Of a DNA stretch of 64,000 nucleotides, positions 38,986 to 48,757 are shown piece by piece. A model generated the notes under the pieces. It did no database searches and was not told the DNA's origin. It was given only the letters and a program-made list of their open reading frames with translations. Source of the DNA: Candidatus Multivoradales bacterium. Lineage in GTDB: Bacteria; Acidobacteriota; Thermoanaerobaculia; Multivoradales; JAHEKO01. The stretch is from contig CBDCVR010000014.1 of assembly GCA_965223155.1 (NCBI GenBank), positions 1 through 64,000 on the forward strand, read 5' to 3'. A program made the position numbers and the translations under genes. Numbering within the stretch: position 1 is the stretch's first letter; each line of letters begins with the position of its first letter.

Positions 38986-39984
38986 ATGCGGGTTTCCATC
39001 TTACTGCCGATGCGCAACGCCGCCGCCACGCTGCCGGCTTGCCTGCGCAGCATCCAGCGCCAAAGCGAGCCCAACTGGGAATGCGTCATCGTCGACGACG
39101 GCTCCCGAGACGATTCAGCCCATCTGGCTCGCGGCTTCGCGGCGCGCGATGCGCGCTTTCGCCTCATCGAGACGCCGCCTCGCGGCCTGGTCGAGGCGCT
39201 CAAGACCGGCCTGCGCCATTGCCATAGTCCGCTCATCGCCCGCATGGACGCCGACGACCTCATGCATCGCCACCGCCTGGCCCTACAAGCCCGCCTGCTC
39301 GACGCGCAGGCGCCGCTGGCCGCCGTGGGCTGCCACGTGCGCCTCTTTCCGCGCCAGCATTTACGCGATGGCCGCCTGGCCTACGAACGCTGGCTCAACC
39401 GCATCACCTCCGAGCGCCGCTTGCGCGAAGACGCCTTTGTCGAATGCCCGATCGCCCATCCCACGCTGATGATGCGTCGCGACGCGCTAAACGGCTTCGG
39501 CTACCGCGACTGCGGCTGGCCCGAGGATTACGACCTCATACTGCGCCTGCTCACCAGCGGCTGCCGCCTTGGCGTCGTCCCCAAGCGTTTGCTGAGTTGG
39601 CGCGATCATCCCACGCGGCTCTCCCGCACCAGCCCGACCTATAGCATCGCGCAGTTTACCGCCTGCAAGGCGGCATTTCTCGCCAGCTCGTTTCTCGCCG
39701 CAAGCGACACCTATACCCTGTGGGGCTACGGCGGCACCGGCAAAGCCCTGCGGCGCGCCTTGGCCAAGCATGGCAAACACCCGGCGTATATCGTGGAGTT
39801 GCACCCGCGCCGTTTGGGCAAGACAATACATAGCGCGCCAGTCATTCCGCCTGAAGCCCTGACGCAAACGCCCAGGCATCCGGTCGTCGTGTCAGTAGCG
39901 GGTGAGCAGGGGCGCGAGGAAATTCGAGCCGCCATGCAAAAGATGGGATTTCGGGAATTGCAGGATTTCGTCTGCGCCGCGTAG
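38986..39984 (+). CDS. GT2 glycosyltransferase
   Basis: VDDGSRD, ARMDADD, HPT, EDYDL. Confidence 0.9.
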   Translation: MRVSILLPMRNAAATLPACLRSIQRQSEPNWECVIVDDGSRDDSAHLARGFAARDARFRLIETPPRGLVEALKTGLRHCHSPLIARMDADDLMHRHRLALQARLLDAQAPLAAVGCHVRLFPRQHLRDGRLAYERWLNRITSERRLREDAFVECPIAHPTLMMRRDALNGFGYRDCGWPEDYDLILRLLTSGCRLGVVPKRLLSWRDHPTRLSRTSPTYSIAQFTACKAAFLASSFLAASDTYTLWGYGGTGKALRRALAKHGKHPAYIVELHPRRLGKTIHSAPVIPPEALTQTPRHPVVVSVAGEQGREEIRAAMQKMGFRELQDFVCAA

Positions 39985-40046
39985 GGGGAAATGGCGCGTC
40001 CCCTCTGCGTAAAGCAGAGAAGACACGCCTCAGCACAATTTAACGC

Positions 40047-41744
40047 CTATTGGCCATACAGGGCATTACGCAGCACCTTGCCCGGCAGGGCGCCGGTCAA
40101 CTCGCCGTGTTCGACCAAGACTTCGCCGTTCACCACCGTGTACTCGATGCCCTCGGCTTGCTCGCGAATGCGCCAGCCGTTGTTCGGGAAGTCGTGCACG
40201 ATGTCCTCCGTCACTGGCGAAATCGTATTCGCATCCCAAATGGCCAGGTCTGCCGCCAGCCCCGGTTGGATCAAGCCGCGATCGTAGATGCCAAACGCCG
40301 TGGCGGAGTTGAAGGTGATCTGGTTCACCGCTTGCTCCAGCGACATAATGCCCTTATCGCGCACCCAGTAGCCGAGCAGGCGCGTGCTGAAGCTGACGCC
40401 GCTATCGAACTGCACATGCGCGCCGCCGTCCGACAGCCCCACGACCGTGTAGGGGCTCGATAGGATCTGGCCCAAGGCGTCGCCATCGACATTGATTTCC
40501 GTCAGCACGAAGACCGTGTCGAGTTCTTCTTCGACCATAATATCGAGGAAGGTATCCAGCGGATCTTTGCCCAGCGAAGCGGCGATCTCGGCCACGGTTT
40601 TGCCCTTGAGGCCCTGGTTCTTCGCCAGCTTCGGCGTTTCCACCACCATCAGATCCCAGCGTCTGGAAAAGACGGCGCTGGGGCCGAGCGGCACATCAAA
40701 ATCGCCGCGCAGTTTTTCGCGCAGGGCGTGATCGCTGTAGGCCTGCAGTTTTTCCTGGTCATCCTGGCTCACCATCAGCGAGTGCCAGTGCGTCAGACCG
40801 CGGAACACCTGGCAATTGTGGCCGTCAAAGCGATTCTTAATCTGGTTCGGCGACGCCATCGGGAAGGCGCGGCTGCCAGCTTTCGCCACTTCTTCCACCA
40901 CCGACAGATGCTCTTTCCAGTACTCCGGCGCACGGGCGCTTTGCAGGATCGAGTTGTACATAATCCGGCGGCCGCAGGCATTCGAGAGCTTGGTCATGAG
41001 GCGATCTTTAATCTCCGGCCCGGCGCCGCCGCCGCACTGGATGACGCCTGTGCCCACCTCGCGCAACACATCCACCACGGCGAACAATTCGTCTTCCGGG
41101 GCGCAAGCGCCGGAAATGCGCCGTCCGGCAAGATCGTAGTGGCCGCGGTTGCGGGTGATCGACATGCCCAGCGCGCCCGCTTCCAAGCCGTCGCGGATCA
41201 ACGCCTTCATCAGGTCGACTTGCTCCGGCGTCGCCGCCCGGTTCTCTTCCTGGCTCGCCTCGCCCATGGCGTAGTAGCGCACCGCCGAGTGCGGAATCAA
41301 GGTGCCGGCATTAATGCCCAACCGCGCGCCCACGGCGTCCATGTACTCGGGAAACGTCGTCCAGTTCCAATTCACCCCGGCGTTGAGCACGTCCATGGGA
41401 ATGGCTTCGACATAGGACAACTGGCCGGCAATGCGCTCGCGATCTTCCGGTTTGGCGGGCGCCAGGCCCAGCGAGCAATTGCCGAAGATCACCGTAGTCG
41501 AGCCGTGATAGCACGAAAACGAGCAGTTCGGATCCCACAACACCTGCGCGTCGTAGTGGCAGTGGTTGTCGATAAACCCAGGCGACACCACCAGGCCATC
41601 GGCATTGATGACGCGTTTGGCCTGCGCATTGAGCTTGCCCACTTCGACGATTTTGCCATTCTTTACGGCGACGTCACCATGAAAACTCGGCCCGCCGGAA
41701 CCGTCAATGACGCGGGCATTTTGAATCAATAGATCGAACGCCAT
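40047..41744 (-). CDS. Amidohydrolase (N-acyl-D-amino-acid deacylase family)
   Basis: PGFIDNHCHYD, GNC, SDGGAH, GLAADL. Confidence 0.9.
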   Translation of the reverse strand: MAFDLLIQNARVIDGSGGPSFHGDVAVKNGKIVEVGKLNAQAKRVINADGLVVSPGFIDNHCHYDAQVLWDPNCSFSCYHGSTTVIFGNCSLGLAPAKPEDRERIAGQLSYVEAIPMDVLNAGVNWNWTTFPEYMDAVGARLGINAGTLIPHSAVRYYAMGEASQEENRAATPEQVDLMKALIRDGLEAGALGMSITRNRGHYDLAGRRISGACAPEDELFAVVDVLREVGTGVIQCGGGAGPEIKDRLMTKLSNACGRRIMYNSILQSARAPEYWKEHLSVVEEVAKAGSRAFPMASPNQIKNRFDGHNCQVFRGLTHWHSLMVSQDDQEKLQAYSDHALREKLRGDFDVPLGPSAVFSRRWDLMVVETPKLAKNQGLKGKTVAEIAASLGKDPLDTFLDIMVEEELDTVFVLTEINVDGDALGQILSSPYTVVGLSDGGAHVQFDSGVSFSTRLLGYWVRDKGIMSLEQAVNQITFNSATAFGIYDRGLIQPGLAADLAIWDANTISPVTEDIVHDFPNNGWRIREQAEGIEYTVVNGEVLVEHGELTGALPGKVLRNALYGQ

Positions 41745-41887
41745 GCTGCATCCTCCTGGTCATTCCTGCTATTCATACCCTGTGCGGCTTTGTACAGCTA
41801 ACGATATCACGACCCCAGTCGTTTTGCTTGGGATTTGTCTATACACGCATTGCGGCCTCAGGTCAATTGGAATTGGCAACGACAACG

Positions 41888-42706
41888 CTAGATCATAAAC
41901 GCCATCTGCCTCACAATCGTTTCGCCCAAGGCAAGATCCCCTTCGATCTGCACCTTGCCTGCCTGTAGCGTGCCCCCCGGTTCCCAGCGGCCGCAGCCAA
42001 GACGGGTAAACGTCTCGACATCCATACGCAACCGCACGGTCAGGGCATTCGGCGGCGCCTCCAACATCTTAGCTCGCTTGTCCTCGACGACGATAGCGAT
42101 CGTACAACCGGCAGCGCCGCTCACCTCAAACACCACGGTCGCGCCATCGGGCGCCTGCGCCTTGCGGCCCACCACGAACGGCATGGCCGAGGCGCAGCGT
42201 CCGACCGAGAGCTCCGCCACCGGCCCGTCGAGATGACCAGGCTGTTGCAGGGCGCCGCGCATATCTTGCTCATGCGTCCAGGCGTCAAAGGCGCGAATTT
42301 CGATGAGACTCTGCACCGTTCCCGGCCCAATCGGGGTCATGGTTTCGGCGGCGAAATCATCGTCGCTCAGAGCCCGCAACACCGTCAGGCGCTCGGCCGT
42401 CAGCTCGCGGAATTCCGCCAGCACCTCGGGGCCGGATTTTGAGCGACGATAGTCGACCGTGGCTTCATTGCGCTCGCCCATCTCATTTTTCACATGACTC
42501 ACGTCGCGCGGCGTATGCGTCGTCGTCGGCCGTCCGAGCAGTCCGTGCTCCCCGGCGCAAAGATGCGATAGTTGATCCTGCACCGACCAATTCGGACAGT
42601 CAGTGGGCGTCTGCCACTGTTCGTCCGTTAAATTGGCGCACAACGCATCGATCGAGCGCCATACCGCCTCCATTTTGTCTACGACTTCTTGACCCATAAC
42701 CGTCAC
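41888..42706 (-). CDS. MDMPI/DinB-like (maleylpyruvate isomerase family) protein with SCP2-like C-terminus
   Basis: TPTDCPNWSVQDQLSHL, FDAWTHEQD. Confidence 0.85.
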   Translation of the reverse strand: MTVMGQEVVDKMEAVWRSIDALCANLTDEQWQTPTDCPNWSVQDQLSHLCAGEHGLLGRPTTTHTPRDVSHVKNEMGERNEATVDYRRSKSGPEVLAEFRELTAERLTVLRALSDDDFAAETMTPIGPGTVQSLIEIRAFDAWTHEQDMRGALQQPGHLDGPVAELSVGRCASAMPFVVGRKAQAPDGATVVFEVSGAAGCTIAIVVEDKRAKMLEAPPNALTVRLRMDVETFTRLGCGRWEPGGTLQAGKVQIEGDLALGETIVRQMAFMI

Positions 42707-43486
42707 CTACCCCTTCACCACCCCGACAAGAAATTGCACCTCAATCTCAGCGCGCACACCATTCCCTCCACAAACAGCCCGGCAGCGGCTTCGCGCATCG
42801 CCGCCTCGAATGCCGCCTCGCCAATGTGCTGGATAGCCAGAAAGGCAGGACCAATTGAGGACAGCGCTCGGGCCGCCAAATCGGGATCCGGGAATTCCCA
42901 GTGCAGGCGAACGCTCGTGCGCTCGCCTGGCTCCAAACCGGCATCGGCCATGAGCTGTTCCGCCACGCCGGGGCGGCCAATTTGGATCATGGCGCCGGTG
43001 TTGGCGCGTTCCGCCTCGCTGGTCTGGCCCATCACCGCGAACAACGGGAACGCCTCCATGCGTCGCTGCGCGCCCCAAAAGCTCAATCCCACCTTGCCGC
43101 CAGGGCGCACCACCCGGCAGGCTTCCCGCAGAGCGTCGAGACAGTTGCCCCAAATGCCCCGGAAGCTGGTCGCCACATCAAAGCTGTCGGTCTCAAACGG
43201 CAGCTGAAACATATCGCCCAACTCTGACGTCCGGCTGCGGTGTGCGCGCCGAGGCAATCGCCGCCAGGCGTTTCGAGGCGTCAAGGCCGGACACGACGGC
43301 GCCTCGTTCGGCCGCCAAGCGCAGCGCTAAACCGCTGCCGCAGGCAATGTCGAGATACCGTGTCTCCTGCCCGACGCCGGTCTGCTCCAGCAGATGAAGA
43401 TATTCTCGCCAGTGCATATTTTCGAATAAATAGGCCGCTTCAACGGCCCGTCGTCCCCAACCCTCGTCGACGCGTTGCCAATCCAT
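42707..43486 (-). CDS. Class I SAM methyltransferase with two apparent frameshifts (~43218, ~42762)
   Basis: LDIACGSG / GDMFQLPFETDSFDV / GVRAEIEVQFL in successive frames. Confidence 0.78.
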
Positions 43487-43504
43487 CTGTGCTCCCTGAC
43501 TTCA

Positions 43505-44482
43505 TCACTTCTCAGACCGATGCATGGGAATGCGGTAGTACAGCTCAAACTCGCCGCTGCCGCGGTCAAACTCCAAACGCTCGTCAAAACCGTACGGCGT
43601 CGGGCTAAACACCTTGCGCGCCCGCGTGGGATTGACCCGGTGATGCGTCTCCACCCGGTCGCTAAACGTCACCGTGTCCCCGTCCACTTCCAGGTGATAG
43701 TCGTGCATGCCGCCGCCATCGGTGTAGACGCGCGCGTTGAAATCGCCCGACTCCGCATCGACCCCGATCATCACAAAAGCGGTGTGAATATCCTTGCGGC
43801 CATCCGGCAAGGGATAGGCGACCGCCATGCGAAAGCCGAGGAAACGACCGTTGACTTCCCACGCGCCGACCGCTTCTTTGTGAAAATTCTCGCCGCCGTC
43901 GGTGGACTCCACATCGCCGCGAAAATGGCCTATGAAAAATTTCAGTTTTTGCAGCAGACCACTGCCCGTATCGTGGTCGTGCACCGGGTCAAAGCGGAAC
44001 GACTGCGCCTCGCCCGGCGTCGCCAACAGCGTGCCTTCCGCCGCGGCGCGGCCCGCGAACTCCAACACGTGGCGCCAGTCGTCCTCGCGGATGAACTCGG
44101 CGAACATATCGCTGCGCTGTCCCACCCGCAACGTCGCCACGGGCGCGTGCTTGCAGGGCCCCTGGCATTCCGTCGTCGTGATCGGCAAGCCGTGCGCCGC
44201 CTCGGCGGCGTCCAGCGCCTCAGCCCCGGCGTCGAACTTTTGCCGCTGCCGGCACGGACGCCCCATGCAGAGAAACAAGTGCGCCTCGCCGCTGTCAAAA
44301 TGCCGCCGGGCGCGCTCTAGCGCCGCGTCGAGTTCGGCGGCGCTCGGCGTCTGCCCCTCGCGCGCCAGCTCCGCCGCAAACGCCTCGCGCGCCTCCGGCG
44401 TCCAACTGCCCTGCACGCGCACCACAAAGGCCAGCGTCAGCGCATCGAGAGGGTCGACATCCGTGGTCAGGTGTTGCGTCAT
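43505..44482 (-). CDS. Thioredoxin-like [2Fe-2S] ferredoxin domain fused to a beta-barrel (nitrobindin/DUF1579-like) domain
   Basis: LCMGRPC...ECQGPCKHAP; C-terminal LKFFIGHFRG...NGRFL. Confidence 0.65.
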   Translation of the reverse strand: MTQHLTTDVDPLDALTLAFVVRVQGSWTPEAREAFAAELAREGQTPSAAELDAALERARRHFDSGEAHLFLCMGRPCRQRQKFDAGAEALDAAEAAHGLPITTTECQGPCKHAPVATLRVGQRSDMFAEFIREDDWRHVLEFAGRAAAEGTLLATPGEAQSFRFDPVHDHDTGSGLLQKLKFFIGHFRGDVESTDGGENFHKEAVGAWEVNGRFLGFRMAVAYPLPDGRKDIHTAFVMIGVDAESGDFNARVYTDGGGMHDYHLEVDGDTVTFSDRVETHHRVNPTRARKVFSPTPYGFDERLEFDRGSGEFELYYRIPMHRSEK

Positions 44483-46032
44483 GATTGCGTCCTTTCCAAT
44501 TTCATCCAATCTGCGATGCGCTCGGCGATCATCATCGCCGTCGCGTTGGTATTGGCTCGCACCACATCCGGCATAATCGAGGTATCGACGACTCGCAGTC
44601 CCTGCAGACCGTGAACCCGCCCGTATTGATCCACCACCGCCATAGCGTCCGAGGCAGGTCCCATTTTACACGTTCCCGCCAAATGATGCGCGGTGGAGAT
44701 GTGGGTCAAAATCCATTGATCGAGGGCTTCGTCCGAGGCCAAATCCGCGTCGGTGGGGGCGAGGCGCTCGATGATCATGTCCCGCAGGGCCTCGGACTCG
44801 GCCAATTGCATGACCAGCCGCACGCCGTGGCGCATGCGCTCGCGGTCCCATGCGTGCTCCATAAAGCGGTAGTTCAGTTGCGGCTGCACGTGCGGATCAG
44901 TGGAGGTCAGGCGAATTTCGCCAGCGCCCACGGCGCTCTCCAGAATTAGCACGAAACGGCTGCCCAGGGGCTCGGAATTGACAAAACTGCCGCCGCGCGG
45001 ATCGGTAAACCAGGAGGGCATAATTTGCATGTCATTGCGCGAATCCGAGCCGGGCGTGGTGTAGCGCAGCGCCAGTTGAATGCGCGGGCTATCCATGCCG
45101 GCGAGATACTCGTCTTTGACCCGAAACAGCACCGGCAGCAGCGGATGGTCGCGAAAATTCTGCCCCACCCCAGGCAGGTCATGCACCACGTTGACGCCGA
45201 GTTCGCGCAGATGCGCCGCCGGTCCCACGCCGGAGAGCATGAGCAGGTGCGGCGAGGCAATAGCCCCGGCGCTCAACACCACTTCTTTGCCCTCAACGGT
45301 AAAGCGCTCGCCCTGGCATTCCACCTCGACGCCCGTGACGCGCGCACCGTCGAAGATCAAGCGGCGGGCCATGACATTGGCTTTGACCGTCAGGTTGAGC
45401 CGATGCCGCGCTTGCGCCAGATAGGTCAGCGCCGTGCTCATGCGCACGCCGTCGATATTGTTCATGGGAAAGGGCCCGACCCCGGTGGAATCGGGGTGGT
45501 TCATATCCGTATCGGGGGGAAAATCCGCCTCCAGACACGCCTGGTGAAAGGCGGCGGGAAGCGGCTCCCAGCGCTCCGGCGCATGCATGCGCACCGGCAG
45601 CGGCCCATCGTTGCCGTGGTGCGGGCCGGTGTGGTCGCGGTCCGACTCCATCTTGCGAAAATAGGGCAAGACCTTGTCGTAGGCCCACTCGTCATTGCCC
45701 CAGGCGGCCCAGTTATCGTAATCTTCCGGCACGCCGCGCAGCAGCACCTGGCCGTTCATGGCGCTGGTGCCCCCGGTGGCTTTGCCCCTCGGGACTTCGA
45801 TGGGCTCGGACTGGTGTTCATTGGCGTTGCCGACAAACGACCAGTTATGCGGCCCGGTGAGCACCGGCGACAAGTTGTAGCCGTATTTCAGATCATCGGG
45901 CAGGTGCGCGAACTCCGGGTAATCCGGCCCCGCCTCTAGCAACAAGACCGAACACGACGGGTCTTCCGACAGACGCGACGCCAGCACGCCCCCCGATGAC
46001 CCAGCCCCAATCACAATGACGTCGTACTGCAT
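44479..46032 (-). CDS. GMC oxidoreductase (MftG/choline dehydrogenase-like)
   Basis: GAGSSG, RGKATGGTSAMNG, VGQNFRDHP, HLAGTCKMG, RANTN. Confidence 0.92.
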   Translation of the reverse strand: MQYDVIVIGAGSSGGVLASRLSEDPSCSVLLLEAGPDYPEFAHLPDDLKYGYNLSPVLTGPHNWSFVGNANEHQSEPIEVPRGKATGGTSAMNGQVLLRGVPEDYDNWAAWGNDEWAYDKVLPYFRKMESDRDHTGPHHGNDGPLPVRMHAPERWEPLPAAFHQACLEADFPPDTDMNHPDSTGVGPFPMNNIDGVRMSTALTYLAQARHRLNLTVKANVMARRLIFDGARVTGVEVECQGERFTVEGKEVVLSAGAIASPHLLMLSGVGPAAHLRELGVNVVHDLPGVGQNFRDHPLLPVLFRVKDEYLAGMDSPRIQLALRYTTPGSDSRNDMQIMPSWFTDPRGGSFVNSEPLGSRFVLILESAVGAGEIRLTSTDPHVQPQLNYRFMEHAWDRERMRHGVRLVMQLAESEALRDMIIERLAPTDADLASDEALDQWILTHISTAHHLAGTCKMGPASDAMAVVDQYGRVHGLQGLRVVDTSIMPDVVRANTNATAMMIAERIADWMKLERTQS

Positions 46033-46125
46033 GCCCTCCTCCTCTTTCCGCTGTCGTCAGTCGCTTGTATGTCAGGCAGACTAAGAACCTGGCGAGGGCT
46101 TGTCAAGTGAAAGCGTGTGGGGACG

Positions 46126-46761
46126 TCAGATCATGCGCTGGCCGCTGGCGTCATAAGCCTCGATCTTGCGAGTGGCGGCGGGACTACCGGGATACTCGGC
46201 CGCCAGCAGGGTCCAGACCATGGTGTCGCGCACCTCGCCGGACGGCGATATGGCGCGGCGGCGCAGCGTCGCCTCGTGCGTAAAACCGAGTTTGCGCGGC
46301 ACAGAGGCGCTCGCGACATTATCCGGATCGCAGTGAATTTCCACGCGCTGCACGTGGTCGATTACCATCGCCACCTGGGTGAGCGCAGCGCTCACTTCCG
46401 TGGCCAGGCCCCGGTTGATGTGGTCCTTGTGAATCCAGTAGCCGATTTCGCGCACGCCCCGGCCCAAGCGGGTGTGCAGGCCGGTGCTGCCGAGCACGCG
46501 CGTTTCATCCCGGTCAAAGATGCCGTAGACGTAATCGCGATCCAAATCAAAATCGCCCCGGTAGCGGCGCAACCGCGCGACTTTGTCGACCAGGTCTTCA
46601 GGCTCGTACAAGGCCCAGGGCAACCAGGCGCGCAGATGGTCTAAACTCTCGACAATCGCCGTTTGCATCAGAGGCGCATCGGCCGGCGTCCAGCAGCGCA
46701 GCACCAGGCGCTCGGTGTGAATGCGGTAGGCGGGTCCGCGTCTGTTGTCGGCGTCCGGCAT
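46126..46761 (-). CDS. RimJ/RimL GNAT acetyltransferase
   Basis: TERLVLR, EIGYW, NRGLATE, NVASASVPRKLGF. Confidence 0.88.
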   Translation of the reverse strand: MPDADNRRGPAYRIHTERLVLRCWTPADAPLMQTAIVESLDHLRAWLPWALYEPEDLVDKVARLRRYRGDFDLDRDYVYGIFDRDETRVLGSTGLHTRLGRGVREIGYWIHKDHINRGLATEVSAALTQVAMVIDHVQRVEIHCDPDNVASASVPRKLGFTHEATLRRRAISPSGEVRDTMVWTLLAAEYPGSPAATRKIEAYDASGQRMI

Positions 46762-46805
46762 GGCGTGCGCTCCACGTCAGGATGGAGAAAATGGACGGAA
46801 CATGG

Positions 46806-47075
46806 CTAAGCTGCGTGTAACGGGGCGAGTTCTTCAGGCTCCATAGCCGATAAGCCCAAAGACTCAAGAACTGTGTTGACTTGATCAACCGTGACATGGG
46901 CCGGCGCGGTAATCTCCAAACCAATGGGTTCACCGCTCGGCGCATAATCCACTAACACACCGGCTGAAGCCTCAACTGTCCGGTCGCTTTTCACACCTGC
47001 CCGTCGGGGGAGGTACAGATAAGCCGCTAACGGCCTCCCTTTGCGAAATGTGATTTCCAAGTAGCGCTCTTTCAT
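46806..47075 (-). CDS. DUF2283-like protein (putative antitoxin)
   Basis: AAYLYL...VLVDY...PIGLEI. Confidence 0.75.
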   Translation of the reverse strand: MKERYLEITFRKGRPLAAYLYLPRRAGVKSDRTVEASAGVLVDYAPSGEPIGLEITAPAHVTVDQVNTVLESLGLSAMEPEELAPLHAA

Positions 47076-47078
47076 GTT

Positions 47079-47333
47079 TTACCTATCTACTGGATACGCT
47101 GTAATGACGACTAATAATAACTCGATAGAGTCAGGCTCGACAATCACATGCCATACTTGCCGCCGATGCTGTGTGTCGATGAGCCAACGTCCCTCCACGG
47201 TATCGGCATGGTAAGACCTAGCGGTTTCTAACATTGCCCGCAAGTCAACTTCCGTAAAGTCTCGATCGACCATCCGTTTCTCGACATGGGGCGACAGTTC
47301 CAGCTCCCAATCCCACCATTCCGGCCATTGCAT
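47079..47333 (-). CDS. DUF4258-like protein (putative RelE-like toxin)
   Basis: SPHVEKRMVDR...LVVITAY. Confidence 0.75.
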   Translation of the reverse strand: MQWPEWWDWELELSPHVEKRMVDRDFTEVDLRAMLETARSYHADTVEGRWLIDTQHRRQVWHVIVEPDSIELLLVVITAYPVDR

Positions 47334-47489
47334 CGCGCCCTCACACAAACCAAGAGAAAACGATCGATTTCAATCGCGGTCTGGACATTTTAGGCCAGCC
47401 GTAGCCGAGACACAAGCTTAGCGCGTCTTGGCGTGTTGTCACCATGCCGATAATGGCTTGCTTCCCCCACACGGGCTGCTCCGGTTAGG

Positions 47490-47599
47490 TCATTGGCGAC
47501 ATGGATTCGCGCTCAACTCTTCTAACAGCGACCTCCTATCCATCAGCTCTGCCGTGTTCAGCCCGTCCGTGAACCAATCGTACACCGAGGCCAGTCGAG
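47490..47599 (-). pseudogene. Diverged C-terminal remnant of a cyclase-AAA-TPR gene
   Basis: LASVYDWFTDGLNTAELMDRRSLLEEL versus LAPVYEWFTEGFDTVDLIEAKPLLDEL near 48790-48870. Confidence 0.8.
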
Positions 47600-47600
47600 T

Positions 47601-48665
47601 TTACCCCATCTCAAGCGGCGTTATCTTCACTGTCCTGCCCGTAGAAGCCGCCTCGATGACGGCTTCTGTCACCTGCGTCACACGCAGGCCATCCAAACCG
47701 GAGGCGAGAGGCTGCCCATCATGCTCAATGGCCTGATTGAACGACTCCACTTGCCGTTTGTATAGAGCCAATGGGTCCGAGGGATAAGACGCCACCGTAT
47801 TAACCGTATCGCTGACGACCTCCAGCGACCCTTGGAACGTGGTGCGCAGGCAATCCCCTAACACGATTCGCCCGTGACTGCCATACACCGCGGCGTCATT
47901 TTTGGAGTCAGGTATTTTAAACCCACAACAAATCGTGGCGAGGGCGCCCCCATCGAACCTGAGGCACATCGTCGCCAACCGTTCCAGAGGGTTTGCCTGG
48001 CTCTGCCCATCCGTCAGGGCCGCCACTTCCACCACGCGTTGGTCGAGCAGAAAGTGCAGCGCATCAGTGCAGTGCGCCCCCTGGCCCATCATGGCCAATG
48101 CCGAGCCGATTCTGTCCGGCTCCCCCCACCAGGCGCTGCGTTGACCCGAGCGCAGCTCCATGATACGCTCGACGGAGAGATCGGCGACCCCGCGCAGGCC
48201 AATGCCCCACTGCGCTTGCGCCAGGGTGATGGTTCCCAGGACGCCTTCTCCCAGCAGCCGTCGCGCTTCTTGCAGTCCAGGGTGGTGCCGCAGGTGGAAT
48301 CCGACTCCTAGCTTCACGCCATCCGCCTGACACGCCTGCACCATCTCGACTGCTTCCTCAACCGTGACCGCCATGGGTTTCTCGACCAACACATGTTTCC
48401 CCGCCCGCGCCGCGATCATGGTGTACGGCGCATGCAGGAAATTGGGAGAGGCGATGAAGACTGCGTCGACGCGGGCGTCCGCCACGAGAGCTTCGACCGA
48501 CGCGTAGGCGGCTTGCGCCCCGTGTCGGTTCGCAAACGCCTCGGCCCGTTCTTGGTCCCGGCTGCAAGCGGCGACAAGACGCGCGCCTTCCGCCGCCCCT
48601 ATCGCCGGAGCCAGTAGGGTCTCGGCATGCGCGCCGGGACTGACGAGAGCCCATCCAATCGTCAT
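47601..48665 (-). CDS. Gfo/Idh/MocA oxidoreductase
   Basis: RBS GAAGGAG; AGKHVLVEKPMA, GFHLRHHP. Confidence 0.9.
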   Translation of the reverse strand: MTIGWALVSPGAHAETLLAPAIGAAEGARLVAACSRDQERAEAFANRHGAQAAYASVEALVADARVDAVFIASPNFLHAPYTMIAARAGKHVLVEKPMAVTVEEAVEMVQACQADGVKLGVGFHLRHHPGLQEARRLLGEGVLGTITLAQAQWGIGLRGVADLSVERIMELRSGQRSAWWGEPDRIGSALAMMGQGAHCTDALHFLLDQRVVEVAALTDGQSQANPLERLATMCLRFDGGALATICCGFKIPDSKNDAAVYGSHGRIVLGDCLRTTFQGSLEVVSDTVNTVASYPSDPLALYKRQVESFNQAIEHDGQPLASGLDGLRVTQVTEAVIEAASTGRTVKITPLEMG

Positions 48666-48757
48666 TGGATCATCTCCTTCATGTGCTGGTAAAAGGCGGA
48701 CAAGAAAACTCAACGGTCGCTCTCCATGTGGCAAAGCGCCGCCGTATTCTGTAGCGG

